Shown: one piece after another, positions 26,121-40,290 of the stretch | How the letters are laid out: every line of letters begins with the position of its first letter | How positions within the stretch are numbered: position 1 is the first letter of the stretch | Assembly (NCBI RefSeq): GCF_009914755.1 | Contig: NC_060940.1 | Length of the DNA: 64,000 nt | DNA from: the human T2T-CHM13v2.0 reference genome, Homo sapiens | Direction: 5' to 3' (one strand) | Notes under the pieces: model-generated | Seen by the model: the letters and a program-made list of their open reading frames with translations, nothing else | Databases searched by the model: none | Told to the model about the DNA's origin: nothing | Made by a program: the position numbers and the translations under genes

Positions 26121-26727
26121 TGAAACCACCATTACAAAATTATGGCTGAGACCGTGACAGAGGCCTGACCTAACCAACTCCATCTTGTGTCTAACCTCCA
26201 AGCTGTCCTTGCTCATTCCTGGGTGAAGGCTGAACTAGCTTTGGGAGGAACTTAGTCTATAGTTTAAAACAAAGATGATAACAGCCCTTTCTCAAAACAA
26301 ACTATTTTTGTTTTGTTTTCTCAAAACAAAAATCACTACTGTACAACCTAAGACCAGTGCTTGAGATATTTTGCATACCCTGCACTTGATGCATCAGCTG
26401 GCACCATTAATAAACTGGTTTGTCTGATCTTGTGGCCACCACCAAGCAACTGACTCAGTGCAAGAAGACAGCTTTGACTTCCTATGATTTCATCTTTGAT
26501 GTGACCAATCAGCACTCCCAACTCTCTGACTGCCCCCCACCCACTGAATTATCCTTAAAAACTCTGATCCCCAAATGCTTTGGAAGACTGATTTGAGTAA
26601 TAATAAAACCCTGGTCTCCCACACAGCCAGCTCTGCATGAATTACTCTTTCTCCATCGAAGTTCCTCTGTCTTGATAAATGGGCTGTGTCTACGCAGCAG
26701 ACAAGGTGAACCCGTTGGGCGGTTACA
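26121..26727 (+). mobile_element. LTR8 ERV1 solo LTR with an internal deletion
   Basis: TGAAACCACC...GGTGAACCCGTTGGGCGGTTACA; perfect TSD TCTT. Confidence 0.88.
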
Positions 26728-27787
26728 TCTTCTCAAACCTCAGAGATGGGCAGACATGGGACTTTCTGCTTTTTAGAGTTACAGTGATGTACCCTTTAAC
26801 TCAAGAAAGTAAAGTCAGGACTACGAATGAGCCCTTCGTGGGATGACATAGACATTCTTGTGTTTGTGTTCTGGGCACCCTTAGTGCTATCACGTGTCAG
26901 GGCAGGTAATTAAATAGCAAAGCAGAAACTATCAGGGAACAGCATGGATGGCATAGTGGACAAGAACTCAAGCCTGCAGCAAAGAGAGACATAACTTTGT
27001 TCCATGAGCTGCACACTCCTGAGTTCTACTTTATTTTAAAACAGACCCCATTTCAATCAAATATTTTATATGTACGCACATATCTTTGTACTTTGGAAAT
27101 GAGAATATCTTCATATTCTTAACTGGTATTAAGTTTACAGTGTTGGAGGTTTCATTTGCATAATAAAATGCTTTGCAAGAGGAGATGAGGGTTAATCAAA
27201 GGGTTTTATCACTCTTTTTAATTATCTTCATTATGCCAGAACAAGATGTAAATTTTAATTCTACCTTGTTAGCTAGCAGATTCTACCAAACTTTGGATAT
27301 CCTAATCATCTGTCATTTTTAATAGGCACAGATGCCAGTGATTTTAGCAAACTAAATGCTCTAAATATTGTAAGCTTTATTAATTTGATTGATATATCAC
27401 TTTATATCATTTAGCAGTTATTAATGTTAAACATAAGGCATGTGTGCGCACCTGAGACAGAGGCACCTGTGAACGCCAAATTTGCCCCCTCCGTTTTCCT
27501 TCCTCATCCCATTCTTTATCAATCTACATTTTAAGTTCCCCTCTGTTCACACAGCCCTTCTTTTTTTCTCCTTCTCCTCCATTGAATCTGTAGCCACAGG
27601 TTGGAATTTGTGAGTCGTTATTTTGCATTGACCTACACCCTCTCTAAGTTTCTGAAAGGATAAGGCAACGTGTTCTTAGCTCACAGAGAGGAGAAAGATT
27701 TTCAAGGGGTGGACAGAGTGGGGACGTCTATGTAGGTGTTGGGTTTATCTGCTAAGCTCATCATAGAGGAGGTAGATGAGGTCTTCA

Positions 27788-28246
<459 letters not shown>

Positions 28247-28528
28247 TCACACTGGTGGGAGATGGGGACATGACGCCAGAATCAGAGACACTGAGAGAAT
28301 AGCCAAGGCAATCCCAACTGCCCAATGGGTTAGTTACAACAGGCATTTCTCATGGAACCTCCAGTGGAGTTTTAGAGAGTGTGAAAAGTGCTGTGTTGTA
28401 AATTAATCATGGCATTTGACATCACAGCCAGAGGAGCCCAGCTCAGATCTTTTACTGGCTATCTCACCATGGGCAAAATTACTTATCCTCTCTGAGTCTC
28501 AGTTTCCTAAAATGTAAAAAATGTGATA

Positions 28529-29076
28529 TGTATTAATCAGGGTTATCTAAAGGGACAGAACTAACCGGATAAGTGAATATATGAAGGGGAGTTTATTAGG
28601 GGAATTGACTCACACGATCACAGGGTGAAGTCCCACGATAGGCTGTCTGCAAGGTGAAGAGCCAGGCAGCCAGGCCGAGTCCCAAAACCTCAAAAGTATG
28701 GAAGCTGATAGTGCAGCCTTCAGTCTGTGGCCGAAGACCCAAGAGCCCCTGGCAAATCACTGTGTAAGTCCAAGAGTCCAAAAGCTGAAGAACTTGGAGT
28801 CTGATGTTTGAGGGCAGGAAGCCTCCAGCATGGGAGAAAGATGGAGGCTGGAAGACTCAGCCAGTCTAGTCCTTCCACGTTCCTCTGCTGGCCTTTATCC
28901 TAGCCACGCTGACAGCTGATTAGATGGTGCCCGCTCAGATTGAGGGTGGGTCTGCCTCTCCCAGTCCACTGACTGAAGTGTTGATCTCCTTTGGCAACAC
29001 CTTCACAGACACACCCAGAAACAATACTTTGCATCCTTTAATCCAATCAAGTTGACACTCAATATTTACCATCACA
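28529..29076 (-). mobile_element. MLT2A (probably MLT2A2) HERVL solo LTR, inserted in a MIR
   Basis: TGTATTAATCAGGGTT...GACTCACACGATCACAGGGTGAAGTCCCACGATAGG...TCAAGTTGACACTCAATATTTACCATCACA. Confidence 0.88.
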
Positions 29077-29225
29077 AGATGGATCAAGATATTGATCATG
29101 AGTTTTAAATGTCATCAAACATGTAAATAAAGGCCTAGCATGAATTCTGGCAGACAGCAGGTGTTCAATCATGGGAAAAAGGTGATTTTCTACCGTATCA
29201 GGGTTAAGGTCTCTCTGTGGATTTA

Positions 29226-29408
<183 letters not shown>

Positions 29409-29752
29409 TCAGCTTTAGTCCTGACAAGGAGTTACTCTAAATAATTTGGGGCAAATGCCTTCCTCTCTACCTGGGATTCTGTTTTCCTGTGGTAAAATAG
29501 AAAAGCAAGGCCAAAGATGGTAATATTGTGAGAAAGTAAATGATAGCCAGGATTGAGGTGGGAATAGGCCTTTATCTGGGGCTGGAATTGGGACATATCC
29601 CTCTTCATTTCCACTTCACCAATCAAGTTGCATTTTACAACTGATAACCAGTGAAAATTGCTATAAGAAGGACAGATCTTTGAAGTCTAAAAGTAGCAAG
29701 TTATAACATTAATATCCGTGTAGAAGATTGATATCTAAAAATGTAAATATGA

Positions 29753-30114
<362 letters not shown>

Positions 30115-30599
30115 TCTGCTCAACCTTTTCTAAGAAAGCTAACTCTGAATGACTCAAAGCTAGGTAAAGGTTTCCCTTGTTTTTTTTTTCAGGATCAGTA
30201 TTGGAGATAGAATAACTGTATTAAACAGCCCTGCCTCCAGGCCTTGGCCTCGTTACAGCAAGCTATAAACAAGGATAAAGCGAAAAAAAAAAAAAAAATT
30301 GAAGGCTCTATTTCTCCCTGTCTGATATATGAAATCTAGAATCTAGGATTTTTGGAGCTTGGCATGTGTGTGTGGTTAGTGAAAAGAGGAAGCTAATCTC
30401 TTAGGAATGCAAAGGAGGACAAATGGTAGGTCCCAAGGCCTTCTCCAATAGCTTCTTCATTCTTTCACGTGGGCAATTACTCTTTTGTGTTATAAGGAGA
30501 ACAAAAGTGGAAAGGAATTCAGAGGTCATCGCCATTCTGCAGGTTTGTTAAAACCTCTGGTTTATATCACTAAGGGATGAATCCTGATTGGTCTCAGGC

Positions 30600-30950
30600 A
30601 AACACAGCAACCACCACATTTCCAGTGTCATGGATTATATTGGGGATGCACATGAGACTCAATTCTGGCCAGGGATACATAAGAGAAACTCTTCTGGGTC
30701 CTTCAATGTTTGTACCACAGTCCTTGCTTCTGCTTTGAACCCTGTGGCAAGAGGATGTGATGTCTGGAGGACTGGCAGCTATTTTGTAATAATGAAGCAA
30801 CATATCGCTAAGAGGATAGCAGAACAAAATTTTTGAAGTGGCCTGGGTTCCTTGCTAACATTACTGAAATGCTTTGTCCTGGTCCAATCATCTCCATATT
30901 TAATGCTAAGGAAACTATACACATTCTATGATTTGAGCCACTGATAATAA
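30600..30950 (+). mobile_element. Old ERVL LTR (LTR33/LTR16-like)
   Basis: CATGAGACTCAATTCTGGCCA and GATGTGATGTCTGGAGG...GGCAGCTATTTTG motifs. Confidence 0.5.
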
Positions 30951-31300
30951 AAAAACTTATAAATCAAAAGGCATCTTAATACCTATTCTACTGATAGTGT
31001 CTACTCTCTATATTTTTGAGGGTTAACTTCTCTTGAAATTCAGATTGTTCTTGAGTAAACCTTACCCTTTTTCTTACTACCTAGGCAGACAAAGCTATGA
31101 AGCATGGTTTCCTTAGACTGATGGGGTGAAGGTGTCTTGGAGAAAGAGCTGAACCCAAAAAGTGGAAACAAAACCAGGAGATTTGGAGTGACTCCCAAAA
31201 TGGCATCATTGGCCTATGTAAGGGGACATTGTTCTCACACTAATCCTGCCTCACACCTGATCATATTACACTCTTCTTAAAATCCTTCTAGGAGTCCATT

Positions 31301-31376
31301 TGCTGAGATCATGCCACTGTACTTCAGCCTGGGCAACAGAGAGAGACTCCATGTCAAAAACCAACAAACAAAGAAA
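31301..31376 (+). mobile_element. Alu 3' fragment
   Basis: GCTGAGATCATGCCACTGTACTTCAGCCTGGG plus tail. Confidence 0.85.
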
Positions 31377-31377
31377 G

Positions 31378-31490
31378 ATGTTCATAGCAGTATTATTCAT
31401 AATAGCCAAAAGGTAGAAATACTCTGAATGGCTATTAACTGAAAAGTGTGGTATCATTCATACAATGGAATATTATTTAGCCATAAAAAT
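31378..31490 (+). mobile_element. L1M fragment
   Basis: ATGTTCATAGCAGTATTATTCATAATAGCCAAAA...ATACAATGGAATATTATT. Confidence 0.75.
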
Positions 31491-31679
31491 AACACATTTT
31501 TTTGTCTTGCTCAAAGCAATTCGTTCCCTCCTTGGTGTTTGGTGTTCCAGATTACATGAAATAATAACTGTAGCCACTTGTTCAAGCCTCGTTGTTGCAT
31601 CTTGTTCTGTCTTATTCAGTGTTTTATTAGCATCTGTCTTCTTCCAAAGGTGTTTGTTGAGTTAGTATATGAAATACGG

Positions 31680-32026
31680 TTTTTTGTTTTTCTTTTTTTG
31701 TTGTTGCTCTTTTTTTTTTTTTGTCAGAGTCTCGCTCTGTTACTCAGGCTGTAGTGCAGTAGCGTGATCTCAGTTCACCACAACTTTTGCCTCCCGGATT
31801 CCCTCCACCTCCTGGGTTCCCAGGTTCAGGCGATTCTCCTGCATCAGCCTATCGAGTAGCTGGGATTACAGGCATGCGCCACCACACCCAGCTGATTTTT
31901 GTAGTTTTAGCAGAGATGGGGTTTCGCCATGTTGGCCAGGCTAGTCTTGAACTCCTGAGCTCATGCGGTCCGCCTGCCTTGGCCTCCCAAAGTGCTGGGA
32001 TTATAAGTGTGAGCCACTGCGCCTGG
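31680..32026 (-). mobile_element. AluS with an internal microduplication
   Basis: Antisense dimer with extra CCTCC..GGTTC copies at ~31785-31828. Confidence 0.9.
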
Positions 32027-32099
32027 TAGCATACATGGATTATGTAATGCAATGTGCTTAAAGTAGTTGCTGCTCAAAAAACAGTAGCTGCTGCCATTG

Positions 32100-32300
32100 G
32101 GTGTCATAGAGTGCAGTGGCACAACATGTGGGATTACCCAGAATGGAGTTTGAGTCCCTGCTTGGCAATTTGTATGCTTTGCAACCTTGTACAAGCACTT
32201 TAATTCTTTTGGCCTCATGTTGTTGTTGCTAAAGTGTTGATTAAAACATCTACTTCATGGGAGGCAGTTCTGAGAATTACACAAGAACATCTTAGAAAAG
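32100..32300 (+). mobile_element. MIR
   Basis: GAGTTTGAGTCCCTG...ACCTTGTACAAGCACTTTAA...GGCCTCA. Confidence 0.6.
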
Positions 32301-32602
32301 ACTAAAACTTGGTACAAGTGAGGAAAATATAACAATAGGAAAGAAATATGAGGAAAGCCTTCAAATGCTCATTCCTAAAGCTGCCTCTGAACACATAAAG
32401 AAACAACTTTCTAAGGCTGGGATCTGAGAAACCCTGTGAAGGGGGATGAATGGCATTGAGAGCACTGTTTCCTAGTAGGTAACAACTGGTATCTCTACTT
32501 CCTAGACACCAATCCCTGGCCCAGGATCTATGGCTTTGGGTTCATGAGTCTACATCCAAGGGAATTTAAGTACCTGCAGGAGAGCACGAAATTGTAGGTG
32601 CC

Positions 32603-32926
<324 letters not shown>

Positions 32927-32964
32927 CTATGCATGCAGTCTGTCTCTTTGTCTCTCTTATGCGA

Positions 32965-32967
<3 letters not shown>

Positions 32968-33003
<36 letters not shown>

Positions 33004-33006
33004 ACA
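32968..33006. repeat. (CA)n microsatellite
   Basis: Directly visible. Confidence 0.95.
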
Positions 33007-33636
33007 TTATTATGATACGAGCCAAAGGCAACAACGTCAGGCCTCCCTTTCTGTGCAAAGCCTGATGAGTGGTTAACTTCAGCATCCACTCCTGGCTTGA
33101 AAACAATTGGAGAAGCTGTCACATCACATGCTTGGCCCAACCAATGAATACCATATCAAGAGGCCATTTTGAGTGTCAGCCTTCCAGTTCTGCAGAAACT
33201 ATAAAGCTGATCCACTCTTTAAAATTGCCATAGTTTCTGGAGCCAGAGACTCAAGCTACCTGCCACCTCATGGTCAGAGGATCCAACCAGCTCCCTTTTA
33301 AAGTTGTGCACCAGGGAACAGATGCTAAATGTGTGGCATCCTTGTGGTAATGGCACAAAATAAATGGCCCAGTTAAAATCCAATTGTCTGAAAGTTTCCC
33401 TCAAATAGGACATTTTTACTATGATATATAAAATTCCTCTTGCAACAAGTGTCTTTTTAGTTAAAATCAATAGATGTTCTTTTTATAAAATCAAAGTGAT
33501 TAGTGGTTTGGGTAGTTGTGTGTGTGAGTGTGTGCACGATTTTATATGAGTTAAAAGTAAATGTGGAGTGGAGGGAATGGACCAGTTACTAAGATTAGAA
33601 TATAGTCCCTTTACAGAGATGCAGGAACCCTATGTC

Positions 33637-34145
33637 AGCACTGTGTGATAGAACTTTCTGAGACAATAAAAATATTTTATACCTGTGCCATCCAACATGG
33701 TAGCTACTCACACATGGAGTAATTGGCATTTGGCTAGTGCAACAGAGGAACTGAATTTTTAATTTTATTTAATATTAAGTAATTTAAATTTAGTTTTAAA
33801 TAGCTGTATGTGGGCCGGGGCCGTGGCTCATGCCTATAATCCCAGCAATTTGGGAGGCCAAGGCAAAATCCCTTGAGGCCAGGAATTCAAGAATAGCCTA
33901 GGCAACATAGCAAGTCCCCATTTCTACAAAACAAAAAGCTTTAGCTGGGCATGGTGGCATGTACCTGTAATCCCAGCTACTCAGGAGACTGAGGTAAGAG
34001 GGTATCACTTGAGCCCGGGAGTTCAAGGCTGCAGTGAGCTGTGATCATGCCACTGCACTCCAACTTGGACAACAGAGCAAGACGTCCTCTTTAAATAAGT
34101 AAATAGCCATATGTGGCTAGTATCTAGCGTATTGGACAATACCAC
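33637..34145. mobile_element. MER3 (hAT-Charlie) split by an AluJ
   Basis: CACTGTGTGATAGAACTTTCTG...GAGGAACTGAATTTTTAATTTTATTTAA...GTGGCTAGT..GTATTGGACA. Confidence 0.8.
33813..34099 (+). mobile_element. AluJ
   Basis: CATAGCAAG, GAGTTCAAGGCTGCAGTGAGCTGTGATC; TSD TAAATAGC(TG/CA)TATGTG. Confidence 0.92.
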
Positions 34146-34299
34146 ACTATTTTAATCCCAGCCTGGAACTGAGACCCTCAGAGAGTTCTTATGCTACAGA
34201 TGGGCCTTGTCACATCCTTGGACAAGTTATTGCCAACGTATTCCCAAGGTCCTGGATGCTGGGGCAAAGATCTCATTGTTTTTTTATCATTTCCTTCGT

Positions 34300-34570
34300 T
34301 TTTCAGTGAGTAAGCAACTGTTAGGAACCTAGCCTTGTGCTAGACATTGAGAAATCAAATATAGTGTTGATGGCCCCAGAAGATCACAGTGGGGAAGACA
34401 GACTAGAAAAGAAGCAAGTGTAACCCAGGATTCCATGATAAATACAGAGCACCAGGTTCTGGGAAAGAAGTCACTCATCCCAGGAAGGGAAAGTGAGCAT
34501 GGACTACTGGGACAAGGAGGATGGGAACAATTAGCCAAGAAAAGGGGAAGTGATTCTAGGAAAAAGGCTG
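34300..34570 (-). mobile_element. L2 fragment
   Basis: TGTGCTAGACATTGAGA...ACAGTGGGGAAGACAGAC. Confidence 0.55.
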
Positions 34571-34575
34571 GGCCC

Positions 34576-35399
<824 letters not shown>

Positions 35400-35597
35400 C
35401 TTCTTCTGGGGGCCGCTTTCCCTTGAGGCTGCAAATGCAATAATGTCATATTCCCTCGCTTGTGCTGCACCTGTGTGAATCTCCATCCCTGCACCTGCTT
35501 GGGAGAAACATTCTCATCTTCTTTGGGAGTCAATGCTTTCTTCTATCAGTTTTTGGTCATGAATAATATACATTGTCACTTAACAGCAGGTCCTTAA

Positions 35598-35951
<354 letters not shown>

Positions 35952-36215
35952 GGTAAAGTTTTTTCTTAGTAATTCATCTGCTACAAAATATTCAGGAAAT
36001 GGTATGCAGTTCATTATAACACACCAGAGAATATCTAATCCTAGAGTGCTAAATTCTTAGGGTGAGGGTATAATGGATATTTCTCAGACTTTTTGTTAGC
36101 AGGGTTTGGCTTTCTGTATCTGAACCTCTTTGTATGTGCAAAAGAAATTAACTACTGTGCATATGCCTTGGTAGCCATTATAGCCTGACTCGTATCAAAT
36201 AAACTGAAAGGCCAG

Positions 36216-36628
36216 TGGCATGGGTTGAATTATGTCCCCCAAGAAAGATACATTGAAGTCCTAGCACCAGTAACCTCAGAATCTGACCTTATTTGGAAGT
36301 AGGGTCTCGGCAGATATAGTCAAGTTAAGGTGAAGTCACTATGGTAGTCTCTAATCCAGAATGACTGTGTCTTTATCAAAAGGGGAAATTTAGACAAAGA
36401 CAGACAGGCATAGAGGAAAGATGATGTGAAGAGACACAGGGAGAAGACAGCCATTTACTAGCCAAAGAATGTCCAAGGCTACTAGAAACTAGGAGAAAGG
36501 TCTGGAGCCAACCCTTCCCTAGTGCCTTCAGAGGAAATATGGCCAAAACTGTGAGACAATGCATTTCTATTGTTCTAAGCAACCCAGTTTGGGGTACTTT
36601 GTTATAACTATCGTAGGAAACCAATATG
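36216..36628 (+). mobile_element. MLT1B/MLT1C MaLR LTR
   Basis: GGGTTGAATTATGTCCCCC...GACCTTATTTGGAAGTAGGGTC...GTACTTTGTTAT. Confidence 0.8.
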
Positions 36629-36985
36629 GCCATTCCTCACTTCCTCAGCCTCCCTTGCAGCTACACTAGCATCATGTGACCAAGGTTAGCCAATCAGATG
36701 CATATACCAGGACTTGAACCAGAAAAGGGGCACAGCACCAGCATCCTTTACAATGGAAGAGTCATGCCAATAGGGCAGCGAGTAGTCGGTGGTGCCCTCA
36801 CTGGACTGGTGTTGTGGCATGAATTTGCCCAAGGTTCTGGCTGTGTTGCCTTCCTTTGTTCCTGCCTGTTTCCTGAGGTTGGCAATTCTATGGTCCAAAC
36901 TGAAAGCCTTCTGGTAAATTCCATTACTGCGTAAATCAGCAAATGATAGTTTCTTTTGCTTGTAATGAATAACCCCGGCTGATAC
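36629..36985 (+). mobile_element. LTR16-like ERVL LTR fragment
   Basis: CTTCCTCAGCCTCCCTTGCAGCTA...CATGTGACC..AGCCAATCAGATGCA...TTGCTTGTAA. Confidence 0.6.
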
Positions 36986-37135
36986 AGATGGAGAACAATG
37001 AAGGAGTGTAATGCTTCCCTGTGGTGGTGGACAGGGGTAAAGGAGTCTGTAAGTGGAGTGTCAAGTGGCTCCAGGCTGGAGGAGGGGATAAGGATCCAGG
37101 AGGGAGTTTGGGATTTGGGAGAGCCTGACATAGAC

Positions 37136-37212
37136 TGAGTGTGTGTAGTGTAAGGCAGGGGTGGATGTGTGAGGGTTGGTGTGGGTGTGGGTGTGGGTGG
37201 ATGTGCACACAC
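37136..37212. repeat. (GT)/(GGTGTG)-rich low-complexity tract
   Basis: Directly visible. Confidence 0.8.
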
Positions 37213-37754
37213 ATTTGCACATTCTCAGAAACCCTCCCAAGGGAACGCAGCTGAACACGCCCATGGGGTGAACCCTGGTCGCCTGATGGAGCCCACTAAA
37301 CAGTGTGTTCAGGCTTCACCGGCTCTGAGCAGGGCCAACGACAGTTTCCAAGTTTGAAAAATGAGCCCTTCACTCGCCTGGTGCTAATGCCTTTTTCAAA
37401 GAAACTTACATCTTGGAAATGTCATGACACATTGCAATCACCGAGAACACAGCCACGGTAATTGGGAGTGTTTCTTCAAGAGCAGAGCGTGTCAAAGAAG
37501 ATACATGGCTCGAAGCATAATTTCCCGCAACAGTGGTGGGGAGTTGCAGGGGAAGGGAGGGTGTGCAGGAAAGCTGCCTTTGAAATAAATCCTGCCTGGA
37601 GCTCCAGCACCTGGGTCTTGTTCTGGGTGATGGGACAGCTGGCTACAAATGCGCTGTGTGACTTTGGCCAGTCCTATAAACTGCTCCGTGATTCAGTTTC
37701 TCCAACTTTCAAATGAGAGCGTCACATGCATGAGGCAACCACATTTCAATGAAC

Positions 37755-37990
37755 TAATAATAATCATTGACATTTATTAAGCACGTACTACTTGCCAGGC
37801 ACTAAGCACTATTCATGTATAATTGACTTTAGTCAAGTAAGAACCCCGATAAAGTGGACACCCCAATTATCGCTACTTAGAGGATGAGGACATTGAGTCA
37901 CAGACAGGCTAAATATCTTTTCAAGGTCATTAGAATGTGGTGACACCAAGATTTGAGTACAGACAGTCTGACCTGGCATCTGAATTCATG
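37755..37990 (-). mobile_element. MIR
   Basis: ACATTTATTAAGCACGTACTACTTGCCAGGCACT...GATGAGGACATTGAG...CAAGGTCA. Confidence 0.8.
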
Positions 37991-38351
37991 ATCATCACAT
38001 GATTTACCTGTCACAGTGGGTACCATGTCATTGTGAAAAGTACAAAGTGCTAGTAAAATATATCATGTGTTCATGTTATCGATGTTGGGACATCTTTAAA
38101 AGAGAGTGTGAAGAAAACCAGAGCAGATCTGCTTCTAACTGCAACAGTTTTGAATAAACTATGAAAACAACAGAAAAAATAACTATAATAGCTCCCACTA
38201 TGTGCCAGGCAGTAGGTACTTTCAATAAAAGATTCCAGTTTATCCACTCAGGAACTGAGCAAGTACGGCTACACTTTTCCCATTTTACAGAGGAAAGACT
38301 TTAAGCCCAGAGTGTCTTACATTCCCAAGATTATGCAGCAAAAACGACCAT

Positions 38352-38638
38352 GGATGGGTGCAGTGGCTCATGCCAGCATTTTGGAAGGCCAAGGTGGGTG
38401 GATCACTTGAGGTCAGGAGTTCGAGACCAGCCTGGCCAACATGGTGAAACCCTGTCTTTACTAAAAATACAAAAATTAGCTGGGCCTGGTGGCACATGCC
38501 TGTAGTCCCAGCTACTTGAGAAGTTGAGGCATGAGAATCACTTGAACCCAGGAAGTGGAGGTTGCAGTAAGCCAAGATTGTGCTATTGCACTGCAGCCTG
38601 CATGACAGAGTGAGACCCTATCTCTAAATAAATAAATA
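38352..38638 (+). mobile_element. AluS (small 5' internal deletion), inserted in a MIR
   Basis: Dimer with GGCTCATGC|CAGCATTTTGG. Confidence 0.93.
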
Positions 38639-39130
38639 GATGACCCTGATGGGATTCAAACTGAGATGGGTGGATAACAGAGGCTACACTCTTTCCTCTA
38701 TAAAATGCTGTGATAGACCAGATTCCCTCCAAGGAACACACATTTAAAATATTTGAGCCTTCAGGCTCATATCTCAGAGAAAGAGAAAAGCACAAAGATG
38801 TTAACAAAATAATGTAAATATTAACATTTACTTGAAGAGGTTAAATTACCTGGAAGCCCTCGTTTCTAAAGGCCAAGCTTCTCTGGTCTCCGTTCTCAAA
38901 AAGTGCTATAATTGTTTCCATGAGGAAATTATGCAACCGATACTTGCTTCCTGGGACCTGAAGATTTCTGGGCTGTCTTCTAGGAAACAAAGACAAAGGA
39001 GAAAAAGTGCTTCCTCCTGTTCATCGCTTGCCATGGGACACGGGGTTCCTTCGGTGGGTTCCTGGGATGCGTGTGTGGCTTTAACCTTTCTGCTCTTCTT
39101 AGCCCACCACTCAAAAGCAATAAAGGGCAT

Positions 39131-40244
39131 TGTGAAACCAAAAGTATCTAAAACAGAGCTCAATCCACGGAGACAGTTTACTTAGTCAAAGTTAAGGATA
39201 TGCCCAAGACACAGGCTCAGGAGATCCTGACAACATGTGCCCAAGGTGGTTGGTGCACAGCTTGGATGTATACATTTTAGGGAGACACGAGACATCAATC
39301 AATCTGTGAACAATATACATTGGTTTGATCCAGAAAGGCAGAACAACTCGAAGTGGAGGAGGGGGCTTCCAGGTCATAAGTATGTTAGGAATAACGCTCA
39401 AAATCCTAAGGAAATTGAACACTTGAACAAAGGATTCTTAGCAAAGCAATTTTACGTGCACGCAGAGGGGTGCCTCCTTGGCCAGTGACCATAAAAGCAC
39501 ACCAGAACAAAGGGGCCCGAGAGCCTTTATTCCTGATGCAAGTCCTGCCCCTGTGACCTTTCCCCATTGGCTGGGGTGGGGTCGCACAATCTAAGCTAAT
39601 CCTTGTTGGCTAAACGTATGTTTTTTTTAGATAAGGTGGGCATGTAAAAGAAAGCAGAGAGGAAAGGGGAAGGGGTATCTGTAATGAGCTAGAAAGTTAG
39701 TTCTCTTTCCAGATAAGGAAAAGAATGTGAGCTGGTACTGATAACACCTGGTACCGTGGCATGCCTGGGCATCTAACAAAGGTAAAAGGAGAAAAGGGGG
39801 GGTATTATGAATTAAAGAATAAAAGATTGATCAGGTTATTTGAAGAGAAACTTCATCATATCCCACAGGTACATAAGAGACAATTGATTGCATTCTTTTG
39901 AGTCTCGATGAGCCTTTCACTGAATACACAATTTACATGTAAGAGGAGGGTAGAGGAATAGTCACTTATACCTTCACCTGGCTTAGTGGAATAGGGCAGA
40001 GGAAGCAATCAGATGTGCATTTGTCTCAGATGAGCAGAGGGATGACTTTAAGTCCTGTCCATTCTTTGTCCACAAAAAAATTTCTGTGTGGGAAGATTAT
40101 GAGGGAGGTATGTAGCTTTTCTACCTTTGTAGCTATCTTATTTAGGAATAAAACGGGAAGCAGGTTTGCCTGACACAGTTCCCAGCTTGAGTTTTTCTGT
40201 TGGCTTAGTGATTTGGGGGTTCTGAGATTTATTTTCCTTTCACG
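39131..40244 (-). mobile_element. MER4A-type ERV1 solo LTR (interrupted by a nested LTR)
   Basis: TGTGAAACCAAAAGTATCT...CATGTGCCCAAGGTGG...AGATTTATTTTCCTTTCAC; TSD GCAT/GTAT. Confidence 0.85.
39383..39867 (-). mobile_element. LTR10 (LTR10B-like) solo LTR nested in MER4
   Basis: TGTTAGGAATAACGCTCAAAATCCTAAGG...GAAGAGAAACTTCATCATATCCCACA; TSD AGTA/GGTA. Confidence 0.75.
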
Positions 40245-40290
40245 GTATTCAAAGACAGGAGGACTTAGGGTGTAAACTTTTTAGTAGAAA

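Noticed and set aside
22655-26727. Intact provirus between two LTR8s
   Set aside because: Each LTR has its own TSD, and there is no PBS, gag, pol or env between them.
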